A DNA stretch of 64,000 nt. Source: Eubacteriales Family XIII. Incertae Sedis bacterium. Its GTDB lineage: Bacteria; Bacillota; Clostridia; Peptostreptococcales; Anaerovoracaceae. Location: assembly GCA_012521055.1 (NCBI GenBank), contig JAAYNC010000062.1:14315-78314 (forward strand), written 5' to 3'. The translations under genes were made by a program, and so were the position numbers. Below, one piece after another: positions 9,690 to 18,112 of the stretch. The notes beneath the pieces are model-generated. The model was not told the DNA's origin, searched no databases, and saw only the letters and a list, made by a program, of their open reading frames with translations. The first letter of the stretch is position 1. Each line of letters opens with the position of its first letter.

Positions 9690-10406
9690 CTAATCATACA
9701 TTAAATGGTAATAAATGTCAAGATCGGCATAGAGAGGTTGACCCTTTTTGTCGTACAACTCCAACCTTTTAATGCGGGGTTCGTACTTCTCAAGGGGGAT
9801 TCCCGCAAACTCAAAGAGCGGTCCGAGAAGCAATTCAGGGTTAAGGTTCGATTCGCTTCCCGCATGTATTTTCATGGTAAGTTTCTGCTTTCCATCGTCG
9901 TCCATGGCAAGCTTCAATTCATCGATCATGGGCCGGATGTTGATTTTTTTATAATCCTTCCTCTTTTTCACAGCTTTCTTCACCAGGATCCTATCCTGAT
10001 TAATAAATTCTTCCAATTGGGATTCGGTGGGAAACCGGCGTTCTTCAGGCAAATCTACTTCATAGGCCGCCCAACCCACCCTGGAAGCGGCGGCTTTCAC
10101 GGAATCGGGCACCGGGCGACAATCGAGGACTTTTATTCCGTAAGGCAGCGCGCTGTTCACGGAGGCAACAAGAAAGTCTTCATTATATGGAATCCGTGTT
10201 TCAATTTCCAAATATTCTCCTACACTGGTATATCCGAGAGATAAAGGTTGTGCAAAGCTTATTTTGGGATGTGGGTTAAATCCGCGAGAATATACGAGCT
10301 CGACTCCCAACCGTTTAAAGGTTCTCTTAAATAAACGCAGGAGATCCAGATGTGAGATGTAACGAAGCTGCCCGCCCTTTTCGAATTTCAACAGGTATCT
10401 GCTCAA
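9690..10406 (-). CDS. TIGR03936/DUF2344 radical-SAM-associated protein
   Basis: The N-terminus RYISHLDLLRLFKRTFKRLGV is typical of this family. Its start overlaps the upstream radical-SAM gene stop by 4 nt. Confidence 0.8.
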   Translation of the reverse strand: MSRYLLKFEKGGQLRYISHLDLLRLFKRTFKRLGVELVYSRGFNPHPKISFAQPLSLGYTSVGEYLEIETRIPYNEDFLVASVNSALPYGIKVLDCRPVPDSVKAAASRVGWAAYEVDLPEERRFPTESQLEEFINQDRILVKKAVKKRKDYKKINIRPMIDELKLAMDDDGKQKLTMKIHAGSESNLNPELLLGPLFEFAGIPLEKYEPRIKRLELYDKKGQPLYADLDIYYHLMYD

Positions 10407-12256
10407 AGTATTCCCTCCATTTCACATGTCACGTAACGGTTTATGCCGCAGCCGGTGCAACCAATTCTACAATCGGGTGTTTGCTGGCCCAAAAGAGCTT
10501 TTTTCCATTCGCTGCGAAGGTAAGCTTCACTTACACCGATGTCGATAATAGACCAGGGAAGTATACCTCCTTCGCAGATCCGACCCGACGTATAAAAATC
10601 GGGATCTAATCCGGCATCTTCAAAAGCCTCAATCCATTTGTCATATTTTAAATGCTCGCTCCACCCGTCAAATTTACATCCTGACTTCCAGGCTTTATAG
10701 ATCGCATCGGCCTGCCGCCTGTCTCCTCTTGCCAACACTGCTTCTATTCTGCTGGCTTCCGTACCGTGATAAGCAAACTGAGCTCCCTTTATCTTTTTAA
10801 ACTTTTCTTTTAAGTATTGTTGTTTTTCTCTAAGCTGTTCCGGACTGTCCTGGGCGAACCATTGGAACGGTGTATGAGGTTTCGGCACGAAATTGGAAGC
10901 GCTTACGTTTACTTTGAATTTGCTGCCTTTTCTACCTCTGTTGTGCTCATAATATATTTCCATGATGTTCTCGGCTATCTTGGCAATGCCGTCCAGGTCT
11001 TCGACAGTTTCCGTAGGAAGACCTATCATAAAATAAAGCTTTACGCTCGTCCAGCCAAGCTCTATGGCTTGTCTCATGCTGTTGTAAATATCATCGTCTG
11101 TGATACATTTATTTATCACGTCTCGCAGTCGCTGTGTTCCCGCTTCCGGGGCAAAAGTAAGTCCTGTTTTTTTGTATCCCTGTATTTCATCCAGGACTTG
11201 GAAAGAAAACCTGTCCAAACGGAGAGACGGCAACGATATGGCAACGTTTTTTTCCTTTCCCTTACGGACAAGTTCCGTGGTAAGTTCTTCAAATTCCGAA
11301 TAATCGCTGGTTGACAGTGACAACAGGGAAAGCTCGTCATGGCCCGTCGCACTGAGTTGTTTCTCAATCAAATCCATGACGCAATCTTTAGAGCGCTCCC
11401 TTACTGGCCGGTAGATCATACCGGCCTGACAGAACCTGCATCCCCTGGTGCAGCCGCGAAACAGTTCCATGACGGAACGATCGTGAACCACCTCAATTAG
11501 AGGCACAATGGGCTCTGTGGAAAAGGGAGCTGCATCCATATCGGTTACAATATTCTTTCGAATTCGATCCGGAGCTTCCGGCCATATCTTCACAATGGAT
11601 TCGATAGTCCCGTCCTTCTTATATTGCACCTCATAAAATGACGGAACGTAAACACCGTCTATACTCGCAATGGTTGACAGAAAATCTTTACGGTTGCCTT
11701 GTCGCTTCTTCCAGTCCGAATGTGCCTTGCATAAAGCCGGCAAAGCTTCTTCTCCGTCCCCGACAAGGAAAAAATCAAAGAAATCAGCCATAGGTTCCGG
11801 GTTAAATGCACAGGTTCCCCCTCCGATTATAAAAGGGTGGCTTTCATTTCGTTCACTACTTTTAAGCGGAATGCCGGCCAGGTCAAGCATGTTAAGCACA
11901 TTGGTATATGACAGTTCATACTGCAGGGTAAAGCCGAGCATGTCCAATTCTTTTGCGGGAGTCTTTGTCTCCAAGGTAAAAAGCGGGAGCCCTTTATCCC
12001 GCATCTGCTGTTCCATATCTAAAGCAGGAGCAAAGATTCTTTCGCAGTACACTCCGGGAAGATCATTCAACAGTTTATAAATAATTTGTAGTCCCAGATA
12101 GGACATCCCGATTTCATAAGTATCGGGAAAAGCAAAGCCGAATCGTGTAACCATGTCTTTTGGGTCTTTTTCGACGGAATTCAACTCGCCTCCTATATAT
12201 CGGCCCGGCTTTGTAACCAGTGGCAACAGCTGTTCAAGCTGTTGGTTCAAATTCAT
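10403..12256 (-). CDS. TIGR03960-type B12-binding-domain radical SAM protein
   Basis: 617 aa with the CxxxCxxC cluster GCTRGCRFCQAG. It shows the family-typical pairing with the DUF2344 gene. Confidence 0.85.
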   Translation of the reverse strand: MNLNQQLEQLLPLVTKPGRYIGGELNSVEKDPKDMVTRFGFAFPDTYEIGMSYLGLQIIYKLLNDLPGVYCERIFAPALDMEQQMRDKGLPLFTLETKTPAKELDMLGFTLQYELSYTNVLNMLDLAGIPLKSSERNESHPFIIGGGTCAFNPEPMADFFDFFLVGDGEEALPALCKAHSDWKKRQGNRKDFLSTIASIDGVYVPSFYEVQYKKDGTIESIVKIWPEAPDRIRKNIVTDMDAAPFSTEPIVPLIEVVHDRSVMELFRGCTRGCRFCQAGMIYRPVRERSKDCVMDLIEKQLSATGHDELSLLSLSTSDYSEFEELTTELVRKGKEKNVAISLPSLRLDRFSFQVLDEIQGYKKTGLTFAPEAGTQRLRDVINKCITDDDIYNSMRQAIELGWTSVKLYFMIGLPTETVEDLDGIAKIAENIMEIYYEHNRGRKGSKFKVNVSASNFVPKPHTPFQWFAQDSPEQLREKQQYLKEKFKKIKGAQFAYHGTEASRIEAVLARGDRRQADAIYKAWKSGCKFDGWSEHLKYDKWIEAFEDAGLDPDFYTSGRICEGGILPWSIIDIGVSEAYLRSEWKKALLGQQTPDCRIGCTGCGINRYVTCEMEGIL

Positions 12257-12912
12257 ATGCGATTCTCCTTTTCAAGTGCCGTATATATGCTCATCAACCT
12301 GTAAAAGGAGTATTTAGAGTCTTCTCGTCCTGCTATATACAGGTTGATGGCCAATGCACATATCAATAAATTTACTATATTATATTGTACCAAGTAAAGC
12401 CCTAAAAGAAAAAGCGAAACCGAAAATATTACCGAAAAAGTTCTGGAAATAATATAAGCTTTCTTATATCCGAGAAAATGCGTGATATATATACCGACCA
12501 GCTTGCCTCCGTCCAATGGATAAAAAGGCATGAGATTAAACAGAGCCAGCACGAGATTGGCTGCAACTAAATCATAGATCCAGTCCCATCCTGTGGTTTT
12601 CAGCGCAAAAAAGCCTGCCAACCCAATGCATAGGTTGACAAAGGGGCCTGCAGAATGAATCAGTAGTCCGTCTGCCGGTTTTGTATATCCTTCCTTCAAG
12701 TGCAATGTCCCACCGAACAGACCTGCAGAAACCTTGATCGGCGAATACCCTAACCTTTTAGCCATCCAGGCATGAGCATATTCATGAAAGCATGAAAACA
12801 AGGCGGAAAAAACCGCAAGCCTTCCGTTTCCCAGGAAAAACAGCAAAAGCATGAGAAGCAGGAAGGTAAAATGAATGTTGTATCTGAGACCTATAAAGTT
12901 GAATCTTATCAT
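12253..12912 (-). CDS. M50 site-2 protease, SpoIVFB-like (no CBS domain)
   Basis: Polytopic protein with HEYAH (HExxH) and NLMPFYPLDGG (NxxPxxxLDG). The start is placed at the MIRFNF ATG, 7 nt after the upstream stop. It overlaps the radical-SAM start by 4 nt. Confidence 0.7.
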   Translation of the reverse strand: MIRFNFIGLRYNIHFTFLLLMLLLFFLGNGRLAVFSALFSCFHEYAHAWMAKRLGYSPIKVSAGLFGGTLHLKEGYTKPADGLLIHSAGPFVNLCIGLAGFFALKTTGWDWIYDLVAANLVLALFNLMPFYPLDGGKLVGIYITHFLGYKKAYIISRTFSVIFSVSLFLLGLYLVQYNIVNLLICALAINLYIAGREDSKYSFYRLMSIYTALEKENRI

Positions 12913-12919
12913 GAATCTC

Positions 12920-13558
12920 TCAGAAATCGATGTACTTGGAAGGATCGTCAAGCTTTCCTTTATTCCAGATTTCAAACCGTAGTTTCTGCCCTTCGCCTGC
13001 GGCCACGGAACCGATCATCTGCCCTCGTTTCACCTTTTCAAGCGGCTGTACATAGGTGGAAGTACAACCTCCGTAAAGGCTTATTAAGTCGTTTCCATGA
13101 TGAATCTTAATATATTTATTTCCTTCTGCATCGAGGCCTATATCCGACACCGTTCCTCCGGCAGCCGCGTAGACTTGGATTTCCTCTTCAGAAGTAAACT
13201 CCAGCGTCTTTCCAGTACCGCTCTGGTTTGCGGAAGCGCTATAAGTTCCCGGCACATCGGAGGGCGTAGAAAACTCCAATCCCCTGCCCCCTTGCATTAT
13301 AGATGCAACTACGGTAGTGGTCCCCTCTTTAAATTTTCCGATAAAGGCCATTCCAGAATCTGCAATGCTTGCAAAAGTAATTTCCTTTGTAAATTGCGCT
13401 TTTATCGCCTGATAAGTATTGTTTACTATGGCATTATCCATCTTTTTCGCAACAATTACGATAAGAAGGATAATAATGCAGATGAGAACTTGGCGAATCA
13501 TGGTTTTTCCCATGCGCCTGTTTATTCTGGCCGGCCACCTTCTGCGCATGCGCACCAT
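12920..13558 (-). CDS. degenerate LytM/M23-domain membrane protein, SpoIVFA-like
   Basis: Basic N-terminus, one TM segment, and a C-terminal M23-like fold (IKIHHGNDLISLYGG) in which the second metal-ligand His motif is lost. The start ATG follows GAGGAGGG. The position upstream of the M50 protease mirrors spoIVFA-spoIVFB. Confidence 0.6.
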   Translation of the reverse strand: MVRMRRRWPARINRRMGKTMIRQVLICIIILLIVIVAKKMDNAIVNNTYQAIKAQFTKEITFASIADSGMAFIGKFKEGTTTVVASIMQGGRGLEFSTPSDVPGTYSASANQSGTGKTLEFTSEEEIQVYAAAGGTVSDIGLDAEGNKYIKIHHGNDLISLYGGCTSTYVQPLEKVKRGQMIGSVAAGEGQKLRFEIWNKGKLDDPSKYIDF

Positions 13559-13638
13559 CAAAAAACCCTCCTCTTCCGTTGCTTTTATAGCATATGAGAG
13601 AAGGGTCTCAAAGATAACCAAAAGTACATTAAGTGCTT

Positions 13639-14850
13639 TTAAGCCATCAAGTCGTCGATAGATTTTCCGATTATCTTTTCAATCCTTTCTTTCATCAAAC
13701 GATTTTCTTCAATGCGGTGAAGGAAACGTTCCGTGTTAACGCCTGCAGCAACAAGTTTATCCATTACGTACTGCATGCGATCATCGAGTCCCACATATTC
13801 ATCTTCTCTCACCATGCGATCTGCAAGGCAGAGGAGATCTAATTCCGTTATTTTTTCTTTGTTAGGGTCCATAGCGTAAAACATATGGCATTTGATCAGC
13901 TTGGCAACCTGGTGATAACCGTGTCTTTCAGCGATCAACGCACCTTTCACCCCGTGGTTTTCCTCCACTCTCGCTATATCATGGAGCAACGAGGCGGCTT
14001 CCAACAGAGGAAGGTCCAAAATAACCCCTTTCTCAACCAGCGCCTTTCCAATGCGGACAGCCGTATCGCAAACCGCCATGCAGTGACGGATAACATGGGG
14101 CGGAGTTCCGTGAGATTCAAGCAATTCAAGGCAGGTCTCCCGTGTGGGGATTAAATTCTTCCCTCCGCAAAACATGCAACCGCCTTCGTGCCCTATACAG
14201 TTCCTGCACTCTTCGCTGGGAAGTTCTCCTTCTTCGGAAGTAACGAAGAAAAACCCGCCGCTGAACCTGTTGTTCGGCAATTCTATCTTTCGAACCACTT
14301 TAATTCCAATGATGCTGCCGTCGATCTCCTCGAGCATATCCGAAAGCTTGTAGAGGGGCATGCCGTAGCAACCTGGCCCGAAAGAATGGGAAATATAATA
14401 TTCTTCTATGCCGATGTCTTCAATATATTGATAGATTTTCTCTCTCAGAATCTGCCGACCGGCTTCTAAAAATCCGTTTGCCCAGAGATCGGCGTAATAC
14501 TGCTCGGCTTGATTGTTTGTTATCGATCTACATTCTCCCACAGATAATAAGTATGCGTAAATTTTAACAACTTGTCTCGGAGAAATCTGATGAAACGCCG
14601 TACAGGTGTACTTGCTCTTTTCCATATATATAGTGGAGTTGTGGAAAGCATCTGGTTCAAGAGGCATTATTACAGCGGCAATATCAATCCCGGGCTTGCA
14701 GTTTTCTAATACGTGAAGCCCTTCACTCAGCAGAATCTTGTGGTTTTCAACATCTGTATCAAGCCCGCTGTTCTCGAGAAAATACTCCATCGCAATGGGT
14801 TCTGCATCTTGATATTCCAGTTTTATACATTTATTTTTCATAGATTTCAC
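13639..14850 (-). CDS. HD-domain protein with an N-terminal MetH-activation-like domain (tentative)
   Basis: The C-terminal half has H...HD (LLHDIAR), typical of HD phosphohydrolases. The N-terminal ~210 aa (SHSFGPGCYGMPL) resemble stand-alone B12 methionine-synthase activation-domain proteins; this is from memory. Confidence 0.6.
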   Translation of the reverse strand: MKSMKNKCIKLEYQDAEPIAMEYFLENSGLDTDVENHKILLSEGLHVLENCKPGIDIAAVIMPLEPDAFHNSTIYMEKSKYTCTAFHQISPRQVVKIYAYLLSVGECRSITNNQAEQYYADLWANGFLEAGRQILREKIYQYIEDIGIEEYYISHSFGPGCYGMPLYKLSDMLEEIDGSIIGIKVVRKIELPNNRFSGGFFFVTSEEGELPSEECRNCIGHEGGCMFCGGKNLIPTRETCLELLESHGTPPHVIRHCMAVCDTAVRIGKALVEKGVILDLPLLEAASLLHDIARVEENHGVKGALIAERHGYHQVAKLIKCHMFYAMDPNKEKITELDLLCLADRMVREDEYVGLDDRMQYVMDKLVAAGVNTERFLHRIEENRLMKERIEKIIGKSIDDLMA

Positions 14851-15038
14851 TACTTTCCTGGCGCCCAGTCTTAAATATGTTATAATAATATTACCAAATT
14901 TTTAACGATCCGCCAATAAGACTATTACTCTTTTTAAGTATATAAATTGTAAAAGTTTTGAAAAGCGAAAGCTATAAGTCCTATTTGTGTCCGGGACAAT
15001 TACAAGTTTCATACCTTATATAGTAGATGGCAGGACTA

Positions 15039-15068
15039 TTGACAACAATATATACTGAATGTTATAGT
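15039..15068 (+). promoter_or_regulatory. candidate sigma-A promoter of the HTH/S24-like gene
   Basis: TTGACA-18 nt-TATAGT, about 40 nt upstream of the ATG at 15106. Confidence 0.45.
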
Positions 15069-15105
15069 TAAATCGACGGTAAACGTAGTAATATAGGAGG
15101 CAATT

Positions 15106-15867
15106 ATGACATACGCAGAAATGTTATCGGATATTATCAAGAAAAGCGAGCTGTCTCTCCGTCAAATCGCAAAGCGTTGCGAGGATCTAAACCTTAAAAT
15201 AGCACCGTCATATATTTCTCAATTAAAAAATGGAAAACTCCCCCCGCCGAGCGAAGAAGTTTCCCTTATTCTCGCAAAAGCCTGCGGTTCCGATCGGCAA
15301 GCCCATTTAGTCTTTCAGGGATATATGGAAAAAGCGCCGGCCATGGTAAAAGAATATATGCTGGCATCTTCTAATCTTAATAAGGTCATGCTTGAATCCC
15401 TTTGCAAGGTCACAAGCAAAGAATTTACAAAAGAAATGGAAAACTACATAAAAGAGCTGGATGTTCTGGCGGCTCTTGAGCTTTCTTCCAAGTATGTACA
15501 TAGCGACGATCCGGAACATAGGAACAATCTGGTACGGGAAATATGCTTAAACTGCGGCAATGCAGTTGAAGCAGATGCTAACGGCGAGATCATAAACTTT
15601 TTCCTTGCAGATAACGCCATGTCACCTTATATTCCTATACATGCTTTTATTTATATCATGCCCACAAAAGTAGATTTGCTTAAAGACAGGGACATAATTG
15701 CGTTCTACCCGGACAACCGGAGAATACCCACCCTGCGTCGCATTTTCTTTATAAAGGACAAGATCCTGCTGATTCCCGATGAAAAATCTCATGACACCTA
15801 TTTCTTTGAAGTCATGAACGAAATTGACTACATAGGGAAAGTAGTCTCCTTTAAGGTGGATATTTAA
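15106..15867 (+). CDS. XRE-type HTH protein with a C-terminal S24 (LexA-like) domain lacking the catalytic dyad
   Basis: N-terminal HTH (LSLRQIAKRCEDLNLKIAPSYISQLKNG). The C-terminal S24-like beta domain has DNAMSP in place of GDSMxP and RR in place of the general-base K. Confidence 0.6.
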   Translation: MTYAEMLSDIIKKSELSLRQIAKRCEDLNLKIAPSYISQLKNGKLPPPSEEVSLILAKACGSDRQAHLVFQGYMEKAPAMVKEYMLASSNLNKVMLESLCKVTSKEFTKEMENYIKELDVLAALELSSKYVHSDDPEHRNNLVREICLNCGNAVEADANGEIINFFLADNAMSPYIPIHAFIYIMPTKVDLLKDRDIIAFYPDNRRIPTLRRIFFIKDKILLIPDEKSHDTYFFEVMNEIDYIGKVVSFKVDI

Positions 15868-15874
15868 GGGAATA

Positions 15875-17158
15875 TTATTCTTCTTCTATATATTCAAATT
15901 CAAAATTGTTAATGCGAATAGTATCGCCATCGGTGAGCCCCATCTTTTTTAGTTCATCGATGGCGCCGCTATTTTCTATATACTTATATAGGTATCGAAG
16001 AGAACCGTAATCGTTAAAGTTGGTTGACCTGAAAATTTTGTCCAGCTGCATACCCGACAGTACGAAGACAGGGCCGTCTTTGCTGCAATGAATTTTTCTG
16101 TATTCTTTGCTGTCGTGTTCCGCTCCGGTGTCAAAGAATTCATAATCCGGCTGCCCCTCTTCTTCTGGCAGCGTGGCCAACACGGAAAAAGCATGGGCGA
16201 TCAACTCGGACACGCCTCTATGAAGCTGTGCTGAAATCGGAAAGACTTTATAGACTTTTTCTTCGATATAAGCTTTGAACCTTTCATATTGGGCATCCTC
16301 TGTTATGTCCATCTTATTTGCAGCCACAATCTGGGGTTTTTCTGCTAATTTGGGGCTGTAGGATCTCAACTCCTCATTGATGGTCTCAAAATCCTCAATC
16401 GGGTCACGTCCCTCAGATCCGGAGACATCAACTATATGAATCAACAGCCTGGTACGCTCGATATGCTTCAAAAAATCAAGTCCCAATCCTGTTCCCTGGT
16501 GGGCGCCCTCAATGAGCCCCGGAATATCAGCCATTACAAAAGAGCTGTCATCGTATTGCACCACGCCTAAATTGGGTGCCAGTGTTGTAAAATGATAATT
16601 GGCAATTTTCGGCCGGGCAGCCGTAACCACGGAAAGCAGAGTTGATTTTCCTACATTGGGAAACCCTACTAAACCTACATCTGCGATGAGTTTAAGTTCC
16701 AACCGGATTCTACGCTCAATTCCCGTCTCTCCTGCTTCGGCAAAATTGGGAGCTTGTCTCACGGAAGATTTGAAATGCACGTTTCCTTTACCGCCTTTTC
16801 CTCCTCTGGCAGCCACATGCCGGTCGTTGTGCTTAACGAGATCTTTAATGGGAGTGCCGGTGCTTTCATCAATGAGAAGAGTTCCCAGGGGAACTTTGAT
16901 AATGCAGTCTTTGCCGTTTTTGCCTGTCTGATTTTTTTTACGGCCGTCTTCTCCGTTTTCCGCCTCGTATTTTCTTTTATAGCGAAAATCAAGCAAAGTT
17001 TTTATATTCGAGTCGGCGACAAAAATAACATCGCCTCCCTTGCCGCCATCTCCCCCGTCCGGACCGCCGTCGGGCACGAAGGGTTCACGGCGGAAAGAAA
17101 CGCAACCGTCTCCTCCTTTGCCTGATTTTATGGTTATAACCGCTCTGTCGACAAACAT
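15875..17158 (-). CDS. obg: GTPase Obg/CgtA
   Basis: Gly-rich Obg fold, G1 GFPNVGKST, G3 DIPGLIEGA, G4 NKMD, and a C-terminal OCT domain. Confidence 0.96.
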   Translation of the reverse strand: MFVDRAVITIKSGKGGDGCVSFRREPFVPDGGPDGGDGGKGGDVIFVADSNIKTLLDFRYKRKYEAENGEDGRKKNQTGKNGKDCIIKVPLGTLLIDESTGTPIKDLVKHNDRHVAARGGKGGKGNVHFKSSVRQAPNFAEAGETGIERRIRLELKLIADVGLVGFPNVGKSTLLSVVTAARPKIANYHFTTLAPNLGVVQYDDSSFVMADIPGLIEGAHQGTGLGLDFLKHIERTRLLIHIVDVSGSEGRDPIEDFETINEELRSYSPKLAEKPQIVAANKMDITEDAQYERFKAYIEEKVYKVFPISAQLHRGVSELIAHAFSVLATLPEEEGQPDYEFFDTGAEHDSKEYRKIHCSKDGPVFVLSGMQLDKIFRSTNFNDYGSLRYLYKYIENSGAIDELKKMGLTDGDTIRINNFEFEYIEEE

Positions 17159-17187
17159 AATGCTTCTCCGTTACAGTACTGTTTAAG

Positions 17188-17212
17188 AAAGCCCCTATCG
17201 AATAGGGGCTTT
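17188..17212 (-). terminator. stem-loop after rpmA (weak U-tract)
   Basis: AAAGCCCCTAT-CGA-ATAGGGGCTTT lies 3 nt after the rpmA stop. The downstream T-run is poor, so this may be a partial terminator or stabiliser ahead of obg. Confidence 0.55.
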
Positions 17213-17214
17213 GC

Positions 17215-17475
17215 TTACGCTTCTCTAGGATATACGCTGACCTTTTTTCTGGTTTTTCCGGCTCTCTCGAATTTCACGGTACCCTCTATCATTGCGAACA
17301 GGGTGTCATCACCGCCGATACCTACGTTAAGTCCGGGATGAAACTTGGTTCCTCGCTGCCTTACCAGAATACTTCCCGCACTTACAAACTGGCCGTCGCC
17401 TCTTTTGACTCCCAGTCGTTTGGCTGCACTGTCGCGTCCGTTCCTGGAGCTACCTACACCTTTTTTGCTTGCCAT
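17215..17475 (-). CDS. rpmA: 50S ribosomal protein L27 (no N-terminal propeptide)
   Basis: [16 protein letters not shown]...DDTLFA. There is an in-frame TAA five codons upstream of the ATG, and AGGAGG 10 nt upstream. Confidence 0.95.
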   Translation of the reverse strand: MASKKGVGSSRNGRDSAAKRLGVKRGDGQFVSAGSILVRQRGTKFHPGLNVGIGGDDTLFAMIEGTVKFERAGKTRKKVSVYPREA

Positions 17476-17563
17476 GCCACTACACCTCCTTTATCCTGTG
17501 CAGTTTCCTCAAACTATAATCAGTAAATTCCTGTTATTTTCAATTAATTGGCTTTCGAAATGC

Positions 17564-17878
17564 TTATACACTGATTGATTCGATCTTCAGCATTGTATAA
17601 GGCTGTCTATGACCTTGTTTTTTATGATAATTTTTCTTAGCCTTATATTTGAAGACGATAACTTTCTTGCCTTTCCCGTTTTCCACTGCTTCAGCCTCTA
17701 CTTTGGCTCCTTCAAGATACGGAGCGCCTACTTTGAGGTTTTCGCCGTCCGAATAGACAAGTACTTTATCCAAAGTAACCTTATCCCCTTCGGAAACAGG
17801 CAGTCTTTCAACGGTAATTACATCGCCTTCTGAAACCTTATACTGCTTTCCGCCGGTTTCAACAATTGCATACGTCAT
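17564..17878 (-). CDS. rplU: 50S ribosomal protein L21
   Basis: [15 protein letters not shown]. The start is placed at the ATG after GGAGG; the ORF-track N-terminal extension is rejected. Confidence 0.95.
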   Translation of the reverse strand: MTYAIVETGGKQYKVSEGDVITVERLPVSEGDKVTLDKVLVYSDGENLKVGAPYLEGAKVEAEAVENGKGKKVIVFKYKAKKNYHKKQGHRQPYTMLKIESISV

Positions 17879-17968
17879 GTATATTTTTACCTCCTCTACC
17901 CAGTCTCGCCATCCAAGGCAGCGCAATTCGCATTTAGAGCCTTTTCTGAGCGGCTAACAAACATGATA

Positions 17969-17998
17969 ATACTATCACAGTACATTATATTGTGTCAA
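17969..17998 (-). promoter_or_regulatory. candidate sigma-A promoter of rplU-rpmA, giving an approximately 85-nt leader
   Basis: The minus strand reads TTGACA-18 nt-(TGa)TAGTAT. The leader between it and the rplU RBS contains a small hairpin and may be an L21-type leader. Confidence 0.45.
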
Positions 17999-18015
17999 GC
18001 ATTATCAATTCTAGT

Positions 18016-18045
18016 AAAAATCAAAAGGGACTGTCCCTTTTGATT
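18016..18045 (-). repeat. palindromic terminator-like element, copy 1 (AATCAAAAGGGA-3 nt-TCCCTTTTGATT)
   Basis: Perfect 12-bp arms followed by a T-run on the minus strand. The arms are identical to those of the element at 63520-63546. Confidence 0.7.
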
Positions 18046-18112
18046 CTTTGCTCTTATTCGTTTTTGGCATTTATTTTTTTCGCCTATTTGAAGCATTATC
18101 TTTTTGGTGGCG

